A DNA stretch of 63,060 nucleotides from an uncultured Ruminococcus sp. (GCA_964460165.1 CAYWPS010000003.1:1-63060), one strand, 5' to 3'; counted from the stretch's first letter, positions 27,452 through 37,096 are shown. Notes: generated by a model not told the origin, from the letters alone. Numbers and translations: made by a program.

Positions 27452-28838
27452 TGTATGGGGATTTATAATGATAGTAGCCGTTCTTCTCGGCTCGCTCTTG
27501 GCAGGTAACACACTCAAGAGAAAAATCCCGTTTATGAAAAATTCGCTTATGCCCGCGTCGGTCATAGGCGGTACTATTCTTATCATCGTTGCCGCTATCT
27601 ACAAGAGCATCACCGGCGACGTAATGTTCGACACCGCGCTCTTTAATAACGCAGGTACGGCGTACCTTGAGATGATAACCTATCACACGCTCGCGCTCGG
27701 TTTTATCGCCTCCACTCTTAAGATCACAAACAGCCATCTTAATAAGCAGAGGACCACCGAGATCATCAATACCGGTATCACCACGGTAGCGACCTATCTT
27801 ATTCAGGGCATCTTCGGACTTGCGATCACGATGATCGCCGCGCTTATACTCAAAGATTTCTTCGCGGCGGCGGGAATGATCCTGCCCTTCGGCTACGGGC
27901 AGGGTACTGGTCAGGCGATGAACTACGGCAATATTTACGAGACCGATTATGGCTTCGAAGGCGGCAAGAGCTTCGGACTTACCATAGCTGCTCTCGGCTT
28001 CCTTTCCGCTTCCTTTGGCGGTGTTATTCACCTCAACATCATGAAAAGGAAGGGCAAGCTGAAGATATCCAAGGAGACCGTAACGCACAATAATGAAAAG
28101 GTAGAGGGTAACAACGAGGTTCCCATGCAGGAGAGCCTTGACAAAATATCCATACAGATAGCCTTCATCTTCGTTTCTTATGCTCTCGCTTACCTCTTTA
28201 TGTACCTTCTCGGACTCATCATACCCGGTATGAAATCCACGATTTACGGCTTCAACTTCCTTCTTGGCGTGCTCTGCGCAACTCTCGTTAAGTTTGCGAC
28301 CAGATGGCTTCGTAAGACTAAGCTGATGAACCGCGAATACATAAACAACTTCCTTCTCACAAGACTCAGCAACTTCTTCTTCGATATCATGATAGTTTCC
28401 GGCATAGCGGCTATCAGACTTGATATTCTTGAAAAGTATTGGGGCATCGCTCTTATCCTCGGCGTTGTGGGTCTCGTTATCACCTACGTCTATAACAGAA
28501 TCGTTGCCAAGCTCTTGTTTAAGGAATACTGCGAGGAGCAGTTCCTTGCAATGTACGGTATGCTTACCGGAACGGCGAGCACCGGTATAATCCTTCTTCG
28601 TGAGGTCGACGGAGACTTTAAGACACCGGCGTCGGATAACCTCGTATATCAGAATTTCCCCGCGATCCTTCTCGGCTTCCCGATGCTTATTCTGGCTACC
28701 ATGGCACCGAAGAATACGGTTCTCACCCTCGTGATCATCATTGCTTATTTCATTGTTCTCAACCTTCTTCTTTTCAGAAGCTTTATTTTCAAGAAGAAGG
28801 CTAAGACTAAGGCAAATGCTGACGAAAAAACCGAATAA
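27429..28838 (+). CDS. Sodium/glutamate symporter (GltS/ESS-family)-like transporter
   Basis: 469-aa polytopic ORF. The N-terminus LLAGNTLKRKIPFMKNSLMPASVIGG resembles GltS. Family assignment is from memory only. Confidence 0.55.
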   Translation: MENFWDSSVWGFIMIVAVLLGSLLAGNTLKRKIPFMKNSLMPASVIGGTILIIVAAIYKSITGDVMFDTALFNNAGTAYLEMITYHTLALGFIASTLKITNSHLNKQRTTEIINTGITTVATYLIQGIFGLAITMIAALILKDFFAAAGMILPFGYGQGTGQAMNYGNIYETDYGFEGGKSFGLTIAALGFLSASFGGVIHLNIMKRKGKLKISKETVTHNNEKVEGNNEVPMQESLDKISIQIAFIFVSYALAYLFMYLLGLIIPGMKSTIYGFNFLLGVLCATLVKFATRWLRKTKLMNREYINNFLLTRLSNFFFDIMIVSGIAAIRLDILEKYWGIALILGVVGLVITYVYNRIVAKLLFKEYCEEQFLAMYGMLTGTASTGIILLREVDGDFKTPASDNLVYQNFPAILLGFPMLILATMAPKNTVLTLVIIIAYFIVLNLLLFRSFIFKKKAKTKANADEKTE

Positions 28839-28884
28839 TGTAAATAACTGATTACAAATAGATCGATTTGTGACCGAAATGCGA

Positions 28885-28921
28885 AAGCACCCCTCGAGGA
28901 TCCGTATCCCGAGGGGTGCTT
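28885..28921. terminator. Bidirectional terminator between convergent genes
   Basis: AAGCACCCCTCG-AGGATCCGTATCC-CGAGGGGTGCTT. A long GC-rich stem with an inner GGAT/ATCC helix. Confidence 0.75.
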
Positions 28922-28932
28922 CGTAATTACAT

Positions 28933-29706
28933 TTATTTTTGCTTCCACCAGGAGAGCTTCGCGAGCTTCTCCTTGCTGCTTTTTAGTATTCGCTCAATAC
29001 GTTTTTTATGCCTGCACGGCTTTTCCTTACAGTTCTTGCAGTCGAGACAGGCGTTGGTGTTTTTCGCGAATCTCTCGGGATGGAGCTTGTACATTATCTC
29101 CCATATCGCGAGCAGGACGAGCGAGAAGCCGAGCAGGCTCCATGTGTAGAGATGCGGTATGAAAACGAAAGGAGTGAACATCATAGCGTAGTCCCAGTTA
29201 TATATTCTGCAGTCGGCACAGCACTTGTTCTTCAGGAACCAGTCGCGTATCGGACAGAAAAACAGGATACAGACGATGTCACATACTCCGTAAGCAAAGC
29301 TGATAAGCACGAGTATTCCGGCATCAAATACGCCGGTAAAATAGAGTATTCCGAACACGAGGTTAAGCGCCGCCCAGCAGACGACGAGCAGGAGTGTCGA
29401 TCTCCACGGTGTGAGACTGGGCTCGTCCTCTCCCGTTGGAACGTAGTTGCGCTTTAATTGCTTCTGACAGCCTATTGTCTCAAGCTTGGAGGGGAAGAGT
29501 CTGAGCACCATTCCGAGGACGAGAAGCACCCATATCACACCCCAGAACACAGGGTGCGAGCCGATCTCGCCGAAGGGGTGTGAGCAGCCCTCCGCCTTAT
29601 TGACTATGTATAAAACAAGCACCGCAACGAACAGAGCGATTCTGAACGCGAGCTTAAGATAATGGTATATGTACAGATGCGATAGATATCCTGATTTTTT
29701 ACTCAT
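28933..29706 (-). CDS. Hypothetical polytopic membrane protein with a Cys-rich C-terminal tail
   Basis: 257-aa ORF with about 6 hydrophobic segments, CCADC, and a C-terminal CLDCKNCKEKPCRHKK. GAGGA RBS. No family recognised. Confidence 0.55.
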   Translation of the reverse strand: MSKKSGYLSHLYIYHYLKLAFRIALFVAVLVLYIVNKAEGCSHPFGEIGSHPVFWGVIWVLLVLGMVLRLFPSKLETIGCQKQLKRNYVPTGEDEPSLTPWRSTLLLVVCWAALNLVFGILYFTGVFDAGILVLISFAYGVCDIVCILFFCPIRDWFLKNKCCADCRIYNWDYAMMFTPFVFIPHLYTWSLLGFSLVLLAIWEIMYKLHPERFAKNTNACLDCKNCKEKPCRHKKRIERILKSSKEKLAKLSWWKQK

Positions 29707-29864
29707 AAATTCCTCATAAACAAAACTTTAACATTTACAAGTATAGCATTTGAGCTTTTATTTGTCAAGCAACAAGAGTTTACAAATTTCGAAAATTAAA
29801 ATATATTCGTACTGTGTAAGCCCTTTGGAAAGCAAGCGTCACCGTTTAGCGTAAAATGCATAAA

Positions 29865-29900
29865 GGGGCTGTCTCAAATGCAAAAAAATGAGACAGCCCT
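29865..29900 (-). repeat. Hairpin copy 2 of the dispersed repeat (minus-strand orientation), downstream of the ADP-ribosylglycohydrolase gene
   Basis: Minus strand: AGGGCTGTCTCA-TTTTTTTGCATT-TGAGACAGCCCC. The loop is identical to copy 1, with a compensatory A:T to T:A swap in the stem. No clear T-run. Confidence 0.65.
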
Positions 29901-30031
29901 AAAAGTTTTATAGGGGGTAGGCAGATCTGAGGAAAAAGCTTCGTTGTTCAAGGCGAGAGGGGTATTAACATACGCCGAGTTTACTCTTTTTGGTTACGCC
30001 TGAATTAAGCGGCGCCCTATGTTATATTCTA

Positions 30032-31558
30032 TCAGCCAAGAAGGGGTACACAGATGTACATAGGAGTGCATCTGCCCTCGGTGATGATCTCGAGTATAGC
30101 TCTGTTCATAGCCGCAACCTCATCGCCCGCCTTGATGACAAAGCGTGCGGATGCCTTGCCGGTGGAGTGGGGGTTGAAGCCGTGTACCATAAGAGTCTTC
30201 TTTCCGCTTGCGGTGAAGCCTTCGGGAAGGATCCAGCGCATAGACACGTTACGGGGTTCATCCTCAAAGCAGCACTTGGAGTTGAAGAATACACTGAGAC
30301 CGATCTCCTCACCGGGAGCGATATCGGGAGCCTTATCAAGCGCGATCTGCACTCTCATAAATACGTTCTCCTCGTAGATAGAGTAGGGGAGAAGTCCGCT
30401 TGCCACGGGCTTTATCTTACCGCTGACGAACTCGATGAGCTTTTCGTGCACGTCTGCTGTGTATTCATCCCCGTCGGTAAGCTCTACGCTGAAGTCTGCG
30501 AAAGCGCCGTCGGGAGTGAAGTTGGTGTGCTTTGTGCTGTTATACGCGAGAACAACGGGAGCAACGTTAACGATCCTCTCGGTGAGCTCGGTGCAGGTCT
30601 TAGGAATGCATTTTCCGTTGTTACCCTTTGCGATCGACACCGTGATGATATCGTCACCTATATACTGGCGCCAGTCGTCGGGAATACCCGCCATACCGTA
30701 GAGGATACCCATGGTAGCGCCGACTGTCGCGCCGGTGCAATCTGTATCGTCACCGCAGTTGATAGCGGTTATCATAGACTTCTTGAAGTCACCCTCGCCC
30801 CAGAGCAGACCGATTGCCGCGTAGGTCACGTTGGAGGGAGCCTCGAACCATCCGTCGCCGATATCTGCGTTGAGCTGCTGGACCGCGTTTCTCGCGTCTA
30901 TCCAGCTCATACCGTTGTCATAGCACTCAAGCACGAATCTGATGCTCTTTGCCATTCTCGACTCGTCGGGAATGGATGCAAGACCAACCTCGATGCACTT
31001 GCGGAGGTCGGAAACCACGAATGCTGCTGACTGAAGCGCCGCAACGAATGCCGCGGCAAACGTACCCTCGCCTGCGCCGTGATCGACCATAGCGTCCTCC
31101 ATAGCGTACTTAGCCGCTACGTGAGGCATAGCGGGGGCAACGGTTGCCCACACCTCGCTTCTGATCCACGCGCCGTTGGAGTTGCGCCAGTCGTTGTCGT
31201 AGTCACCCGACATAGGAGCGGGAATACCGCGCTTGAGATTAGCCTTGCCGAGACCGTATTCGTTCCAGTGGGGAGTTATGTATGATATCCAGTGCTCGCC
31301 GAGCATATTAGCATTGATGTTTGCGGGGCCGCACTGCTCGAGAGCGTAGAGCCATACGAGCTGAAGGTCGAGGTCATCGTTGGGGAGCACGACACCGGGA
31401 GCTGTGGTAAAGCCCTTGATGTCGTTGATCTGACGGAGACCCTCGAAGGGTGTGCCCATCGTGCCGCCGATATTTTTGCCTATCCAGCAGGCCTTGACCT
31501 TGTCGCTGTACGCCTTCTTGTCGAGCTTGATAATGTACTTGGGATTAGTTCTGAACAT
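30032..31558 (-). CDS. ADP-ribosylglycohydrolase-family protein with a ~170-aa C-terminal extension
   Basis: GKNIGGTMGTPFEG, DDLDLQ and GDDTDCTGATVGA motifs. Start set at MFRTNP (31558) with an AGGAGG RBS. Confidence 0.8.
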   Translation of the reverse strand: MFRTNPKYIIKLDKKAYSDKVKACWIGKNIGGTMGTPFEGLRQINDIKGFTTAPGVVLPNDDLDLQLVWLYALEQCGPANINANMLGEHWISYITPHWNEYGLGKANLKRGIPAPMSGDYDNDWRNSNGAWIRSEVWATVAPAMPHVAAKYAMEDAMVDHGAGEGTFAAAFVAALQSAAFVVSDLRKCIEVGLASIPDESRMAKSIRFVLECYDNGMSWIDARNAVQQLNADIGDGWFEAPSNVTYAAIGLLWGEGDFKKSMITAINCGDDTDCTGATVGATMGILYGMAGIPDDWRQYIGDDIITVSIAKGNNGKCIPKTCTELTERIVNVAPVVLAYNSTKHTNFTPDGAFADFSVELTDGDEYTADVHEKLIEFVSGKIKPVASGLLPYSIYEENVFMRVQIALDKAPDIAPGEEIGLSVFFNSKCCFEDEPRNVSMRWILPEGFTASGKKTLMVHGFNPHSTGKASARFVIKAGDEVAAMNRAILEIITEGRCTPMYICVPLLG

Positions 31559-31766
31559 GGGATTCCTCCTGATATAATTATTAACTATCATTATATTACA
31601 CTAAACTATCGCACTTTTCAAGTACCGATCGATATTTTTTTCGTTTTTATTTTGCAAATGAGTTGCTTTACGTAGGTGCATTGGTCTTAGTGAAGACTAC
31701 ACTGCAATAGCTTCATAAACAGAATTATCGCGGATCAAAAAGTGACAGCCCGGTGTAAAAGCATAT

Positions 31767-33122
31767 TTATCTGCTATGCTTTTCAATGTATTGCTTATAC
31801 CAGTATGCAGAATCCTTGGGGATTCTTCGCATAGTTTCGTAATCGGTATAAACTATTCCAAAACGCGGTCCGTATCCTCTCGCCCACTCAAAATTATCCA
31901 TAAAGGACCAGAGGAAATAACCTCTTACATCTACTCCGTCGTCCGACGCGCGTTCAAGCTCGGAAAGGTAAGAGGACAGGAAGTCGATACGATCCGCATC
32001 GTGTATTTTTCCGTCGGCGGTAAGCTCGTCGGGCATTGCAGCGCCGTTTTCGGAAATATAGAATGGCAGGTTGTATCGCTCGGTCAGGAAGCGCGGTCCC
32101 CAATATAAGCTTTTGGGAGTTATTGGCCACCCCATATACGTCAGGGGAGAGTGTTCGGGATACTCAACCACGGTGTATTCTCCGTTTTTGCTCGCCCGTA
32201 TCTCATTGCCGTGGTATATGTTCTGCGCATAAAAATCAATGGGTTGATTTATAAGCTTGAGATCATCATCGGTGATTTCGGGCAGATAGTCGCGATACAT
32301 TTTTAGACCGTCCTCGGGATATTTGCCCAACACAACCGGGTCGCTCCACCAAGTGACATTCCATAAAACATTTTTTGAAAGCTCGGGACAGTCGAAAAAT
32401 GCTTTTCTTGCCGCCTCGATATCCTCAGCAGAGTCCGTCGCCGGATAGTGCGCGGTATAGGTGGGTGCATATCCTATCTTAATATCGCGCTTTGCCGCTT
32501 TGCGCATAGCTATTACGGCTGATCCGTGCGCCTTAAGAACGTTGTGTGCCATTTGGAAAGCATCCTTGTACGGAAGGCTGATCCCGGGAGCGTGTGAAGC
32601 CTGAAGGTAGCCAAGACCTATAAAGCACTGCGGCTCGTTAAAGGTTATAAAGTGCGTTACTCTGTCCGAGTACAGCTCCGCGATCTTTGCCGCGTAATTA
32701 CTGAACCACTCCACCGATTCGTCGTTGAGCCAGCCTCCTTTTCTGTAAAGCGCATACGGATAATCCCAATGGAAAAGAGTAATATACGGCTCGATTCCGT
32801 GGGCGAGGAGCTCATCGATAAGCTCCGAATAAAAACGGACGCCGTCCTCGTTGATTCTGCCTACACCATCGGGGAAAATTCTGCTCCAGCTGATCGAGAA
32901 ACGGTAGGAGTTTATTCCGAGCGAGTGCATCAGCTTTACGTCCTCTTTGAAGAGATGATAGTGGTCGCAGGCAACGTCAGAATTCTTGCCGTCTTCAATT
33001 TTGCCCGGCTCGTGGGAGTAAATGTCCCATATATTAAGTCCTTTTCCACCGTCTGCATATGCGCCTTCTATTTGCTGTGACGCGGTGGCAACGCCCCACG
33101 CGAAATCCTTTCCAAAGCTCAT
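31767..33122 (-). CDS. GH1 beta-glucosidase / 6-phospho-beta-glucosidase
   Basis: 451-aa ORF with catalytic TFNEP and ISENG motifs. N-terminus FAWGVATASQQIEGA. Confidence 0.9.
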   Translation of the reverse strand: MSFGKDFAWGVATASQQIEGAYADGGKGLNIWDIYSHEPGKIEDGKNSDVACDHYHLFKEDVKLMHSLGINSYRFSISWSRIFPDGVGRINEDGVRFYSELIDELLAHGIEPYITLFHWDYPYALYRKGGWLNDESVEWFSNYAAKIAELYSDRVTHFITFNEPQCFIGLGYLQASHAPGISLPYKDAFQMAHNVLKAHGSAVIAMRKAAKRDIKIGYAPTYTAHYPATDSAEDIEAARKAFFDCPELSKNVLWNVTWWSDPVVLGKYPEDGLKMYRDYLPEITDDDLKLINQPIDFYAQNIYHGNEIRASKNGEYTVVEYPEHSPLTYMGWPITPKSLYWGPRFLTERYNLPFYISENGAAMPDELTADGKIHDADRIDFLSSYLSELERASDDGVDVRGYFLWSFMDNFEWARGYGPRFGIVYTDYETMRRIPKDSAYWYKQYIEKHSR

Positions 33123-33164
33123 AACAAAACTCCTTTTCCGAATGTTAATTTGTTTCCTAAGTAC

Positions 33165-33193
33165 ATTATACTGGAGATTTTAGCAAAAATCAA
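33165..33193 (-). promoter_or_regulatory. Sigma-A-type promoter for the GH1 gene
   Basis: Minus strand: TTGATT (33188-33193), 17-nt spacer, TATAAT (33165-33170). Confidence 0.6.
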
Positions 33194-33261
33194 TATAGGT
33201 TCCGCATAAAATGAAGTTTTAATGATATTCATTGAAAATCCCGTCGAATGAATGATGAATA

Positions 33262-33438
33262 TTGAATAGGCAGCTCGAAACCATTCAGGAACTGGCGCTC
33301 ACTGAGGATGAGATTGAACTCCTTAACTTCGACCGTAAGCGCAAGGCAGAACTTGGTAAAAACTATCAGCAGAGAATCAACGAGCTCGAACAGCTGATTA
33401 AGGATATAGGCGAGAAGTATATTGCTATTTTACGCTAA
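33262..33438 (+). pseudogene. Possible C-terminal gene remnant (coiled-coil-like, no ATG or RBS) next to tRNA-Ser
   Basis: The open frame after TGA (33256-33258) reads LNRQLETIQELALTEDEIELLNFDRKRKAELGKNYQQRINELEQLIKDIGEKYIAILR*. The only possible start is a TTG with no RBS. Confidence 0.3.
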
Positions 33439-33470
33439 AATATGCTAATTCACGCTAAACCGTAAAATGC

Positions 33471-33511
33471 AAAAAAACCTTACAAACACTGAGAAAATCA
33501 GCATTTATAAG
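33471..33511 (-). terminator. Intrinsic terminator downstream of tRNA-Ser
   Basis: Minus strand: 14-bp stem (3 G-U pairs) CTTATAAATGCTGA-TTTTC-TCAGTGTTTGTAAG followed by GTTTTTTT. Confidence 0.7.
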
Positions 33512-33522
33512 GGTTTTTCGCT

Positions 33523-33613
33523 TGGCGCAGAGGGAGGGATTCGAACCCTCGTGTGGTGTTATCCACAAACTGATTTCGAGTCAGCCCCGTTATGACCGCT
33601 TCGATACCTCTGC
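33523..33613 (-). tRNA. tRNA-Ser (anticodon CGA), CCA encoded
   Basis: Hand-folded cloverleaf. Acceptor stem GCAGAGG/CCTCTGC, anticodon loop CTCGAAA, long variable arm (GTGG-ATAACA-CCAC), T-arm GAGGG-TTCGAAT-CCCTC, discriminator G plus CCA. Confidence 0.9.
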
Positions 33614-33774
33614 ATATTGATCGAGCACCGCTATTTGCACTGCGTATGCTATTATAACATAAAATAAAGCATTTTGCAAGATGTAAAATAGATTTTGTTA
33701 AAATATTTTTATCCCGTGATTTCAGAGTAAGATTGCCTTGCGCGAGCTATATTCGCAATGAGAGTTACGCAAGC

Positions 33775-34068
33775 TCACTGCATCTCATCCTCTAGTATGT
33801 ATGGAAGATTCAAAGGCGTTGCGAGATTCTCGCACAGCTTTCTGAAGAAGGCGATCGCCTTACCCACGTCTGCAAATATCTCGCGCGTTCTCGCGCTGGT
33901 AACCGCGCCGTCCGCATCCGTCATTTCTATTTCCACCGAGTATAACGGCAGCTTGAAGCTTGCCACCTTGTTGGACTCGCTCACTATCAGCGAGTAGCAA
34001 TATCTAGCCCCCTCAGACTCGCGTACCTCTCTTTTGATCACAGTGTCCGTTATTACCGTTTTGCCCAT
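33775..34068 (-). CDS. Small hypothetical protein (97 aa)
   Basis: ORF with an AAGGAG RBS 6 nt before the ATG at 34068. No motif recognised. Confidence 0.55.
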   Translation of the reverse strand: MGKTVITDTVIKREVRESEGARYCYSLIVSESNKVASFKLPLYSVEIEMTDADGAVTSARTREIFADVGKAIAFFRKLCENLATPLNLPYILEDEMQ

Positions 34069-34231
34069 CACGATCTCCTTGATAACTTGTATTTACAACT
34101 AATTGTATCATAAACCGAGACTTGATGTCGCAAAGAAAAATGGGGAAGAATTAACGTCGCTTTTCGTCGGTAAATGCGACTATTGCATAAGTTGCCTTGA
34201 TTGGCGTTATTTGCCGTTTTAAAGATAAAAA

Positions 34232-34258
34232 AGCGCCGGACAACGAGCTCCGCGCGCT
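34232..34258. terminator. Bidirectional terminator (serves the thioesterase gene on the minus strand)
   Basis: AGCGCCGGA ... TCCGCGCGCT stem, flanked by AAAAA and TTTTTTT. Confidence 0.7.
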
Positions 34259-34377
34259 TTTTTTGTATGCTGTCTTGGATACGCACCGTTACAAAAATGA
34301 TGTAAAAATGCGAAAAATGCAGGATCATGTGCTAAAATAGAATAATATTGGCAACAATTGCAATGATTTTACGGCTG

Positions 34378-35091
34378 TCAGATATCCTCAAGCACTATCT
34401 CCGCCTCGGTGTTGACCTTACCGTCTTCTCTTATAGTTCTGAAGTAGAAGGTATTTCCGTCTATTCCGTCGGCGCGTTCAACACGCAGTCTCGCACCTCT
34501 GGGCGCTTCGTTTTTATAGTTGATCGATACCGTCCTTATCCTCTTGCCGTCCAGCGGTAGGAAGTTTGAGTACATATCGGGGTAGCGCGTGTTGTTCATA
34601 TGGCAGTTCTGGTCGAGATCGCCGTAGTTTACGGTGTAAGTGCCGACCTCTCTTATCGCCGTCGGCAAAGTAAAACGGGAGAGCGCGAGGCTGTGCGGCT
34701 CGTGAGTCTCCAGACCGAGCTCGAAGTCGTCTACCTTGACGAGCGCGCGGGTCTCCGTGTCGATGAGCGCCCATATAGATACCGCCCTGCCTATCGTTCT
34801 GCCGTTTTTCTCGAGCGCGTAACAACGCAGGAAGCTATATCCGCGGCTCTCGCAGGGATAGGTCACCGCCGTCAGCTTTTCGTAGGCTCTGACAGGCTCT
34901 GTAAACTCCATCTTCATTCTGCTGAGGATGAAGGCGCGCTTCATTCCCTTGAGCTCGTCGTAGGACATGCCGTTGAGCGTAAGCTGGGTCTGTGCCGCGC
35001 TCTGTATATATCTCATAAGCGACGACGTCCTAGCCACACCGTTGTGGTCCACGTCGTGTATATCCGCCATAAGCTCTGTTCTGAATTCCAT
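34378..35091 (-). CDS. Acyl-ACP thioesterase
   Basis: 237-aa ORF with double hot-dog organisation. N-terminus DIHDVDHNGVARTSSLMRYIQ and C-terminal half GDLDQNCHMNNTRY. Confidence 0.8.
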   Translation of the reverse strand: MEFRTELMADIHDVDHNGVARTSSLMRYIQSAAQTQLTLNGMSYDELKGMKRAFILSRMKMEFTEPVRAYEKLTAVTYPCESRGYSFLRCYALEKNGRTIGRAVSIWALIDTETRALVKVDDFELGLETHEPHSLALSRFTLPTAIREVGTYTVNYGDLDQNCHMNNTRYPDMYSNFLPLDGKRIRTVSINYKNEAPRGARLRVERADGIDGNTFYFRTIREDGKVNTEAEIVLEDI

Positions 35092-35256
35092 ATTATTATC
35101 CTTTCGGCTGTCGTTTTCTATATCTTACCTCTTTCGCCCGTGCGTGTCAAGCGTGCGCGTGAAAATTTAAAGAAAACTTTAAAAATAGGAAAAGCTATTG
35201 TAAATCACTATCGTTTTATGATAAAATATAAAAAAAGCGAGAGAGGCGAGAGAAGG

Positions 35257-35934
35257 ATGATAGAAATACTTTATAGATCAAGGAACGCGGTAGTCGTATA
35301 CAAGCCTGCGGGCGTACCATCGCAGAGCGATCCATCGGGAGACCCCGATGCTATGACGCTCGCCGCCGAGAAGCTCCGCTCCGCGGGTGAGGGCGATGCG
35401 CTCTGGCTGGTACACAGGCTCGATCGCGTGGTTGGAGGACTCCTCGTATTCGCCAGAAATAAGCGCTACGCCGCCATACTCTCCGAGCAGGTGAGGTCAG
35501 GACTCTTGACCAAGGAATATTACGCCGTGGTTGACGGCGACGCTCCGGGCGGCAGACTCGAGGGCTATATATACAAGGACGCGAGGATGGGCAAGGCGTT
35601 CGTGACGGAGAAAGAACGCAACGGCGCAAAGCGCGCCTGCCTTTCCTACAAGCCGCTTGCCTCTGTCACGGCTCCGAGAGGGGTAAAGACGCTTATCTAC
35701 GTCACTCTCGAGACGGGCAGATTCCATCAGATACGCGCTCAGCTATCCGGCGAGGGCTTCCCTATATGCGGTGACGGAAAGTACGGCAGCCGTGACAACG
35801 CCGCGCGTAATATCGCGCTTATGGCGGCGCATTTATCCGCGGATCTGCCGGATGAGAAGGTTGACGTATCCCGCCTTCCCGACACGGCGGTCTATCCGTG
35901 GTCGCTCTTTGACGATGAGTCGTATAAGGTGTGA
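35257..35934 (+). CDS. RluA-family pseudouridine synthase
   Basis: HRLDRVVGG catalytic-Asp motif and GRFHQIRAQ. Start at MIEILY (35257), shortened from track ORF 34600..35934. Confidence 0.85.
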   Translation: MIEILYRSRNAVVVYKPAGVPSQSDPSGDPDAMTLAAEKLRSAGEGDALWLVHRLDRVVGGLLVFARNKRYAAILSEQVRSGLLTKEYYAVVDGDAPGGRLEGYIYKDARMGKAFVTEKERNGAKRACLSYKPLASVTAPRGVKTLIYVTLETGRFHQIRAQLSGEGFPICGDGKYGSRDNAARNIALMAAHLSADLPDEKVDVSRLPDTAVYPWSLFDDESYKV

Positions 35935-35941
35935 GGTGAAA

Positions 35942-37096
35942 ATGACAGAAAAGCTATATTACAAGGACGCATATATTAAGGAATTTACAGCCGTCGTAAC
36001 GGATATTATATCCGATGGGCGCGGAACTGCTGTCATCCTCGACAGGACCGCGTTTTTCCCCGATGAGGGCGGGCAGAGCGCTGACACGGGATATATAGGC
36101 GGCTCAAGAGTGCTGGACGTTCGCGAGCGTGACGGTGTTATCCGCCACTACGTTGACATCGCTCCGCAAAAGGGCGAGTCGGCAGAGTGCGGGATCGACT
36201 TCGCCGACAGATTCGAGAAGATGCAGTGCCACACAGCCGAGCATATCATCAGCGGAACGATAAACCGCCTTTTCGGACTCGATAACGTGGGCTTCCACCT
36301 CGGTGCATCCGAGGTCACTATGGACGTAAACGGAGTTCTCACGCGCAGTCAGCTTGACGAGGTCGAGCTTATAGCCAACCGCGCCGTATTTGATAACGTT
36401 CGTGTCAACACCTGTTTTCCTAAGCCTGCCGAGCTCGCGGCGCTTGAATACCGCTCTAAGCTCGAGATTACCGAGAATATTCGTATAGTTGAGGTAGAGG
36501 GGTACGACGTTTGCGCTTGCTGCGCTCCTCACGTCTGCCGCACCGGTGAGATCGGTCTTATAAAGATACTCGACTTTGAGAAGCACCGTGGCGGGATCAG
36601 AATAAATATCGCTGCGGGATACCGCGCTCTCCGTGACTACCGCGTCAAGTACGCGAATATACAGAAGGCGTCTGCTCTGTTCTCTGAGCCGCAGTCCACG
36701 GTCGCGTCGGCAGCGGAGACATTCCTCGCCTCATACGAGGAGCTGAAGGGAAGGCTGAAGGCGGCGAGGCTTAACAACGCTCGCCTTGAGGCAAGCCTTA
36801 TTCCAAAGACAGAGGGCTCGCTCGTCCGATATTATCCCGATATGACTCCCGACGAGATGCGCGAGCTTGCCAACCGCGCGAAGGTAAAGGTCGGCGGGGC
36901 GCTCGTTTTACTTACCGGCGCGAAGGGGGATTATAAGTACGTTATGACCTCTGAGCGAATGGATCTTTCGACGATCTCTAAGAGCATTAACGCGGCTCTT
37001 TGCGGCAGAGGCGGCGGCAGAGATAATATGATATGTGGCAGCTTTGCCGTGGATCTCGATACGGTAGAAGAATATTTCTCTAAGCTTAAGCTATGA
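35942..37096 (+). CDS. AlaX-L-type alanyl-tRNA editing protein (Thr/Ala-tRNA synthetase second additional domain)
   Basis: HTAEHIISG (HxxxH) and CCAPHV (CxxxH) zinc motifs. N-terminus MTEKLYYKDAYIKEF. Start at 35942. Confidence 0.8.
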   Translation: MTEKLYYKDAYIKEFTAVVTDIISDGRGTAVILDRTAFFPDEGGQSADTGYIGGSRVLDVRERDGVIRHYVDIAPQKGESAECGIDFADRFEKMQCHTAEHIISGTINRLFGLDNVGFHLGASEVTMDVNGVLTRSQLDEVELIANRAVFDNVRVNTCFPKPAELAALEYRSKLEITENIRIVEVEGYDVCACCAPHVCRTGEIGLIKILDFEKHRGGIRINIAAGYRALRDYRVKYANIQKASALFSEPQSTVASAAETFLASYEELKGRLKAARLNNARLEASLIPKTEGSLVRYYPDMTPDEMRELANRAKVKVGGALVLLTGAKGDYKYVMTSERMDLSTISKSINAALCGRGGGRDNMICGSFAVDLDTVEEYFSKLKL

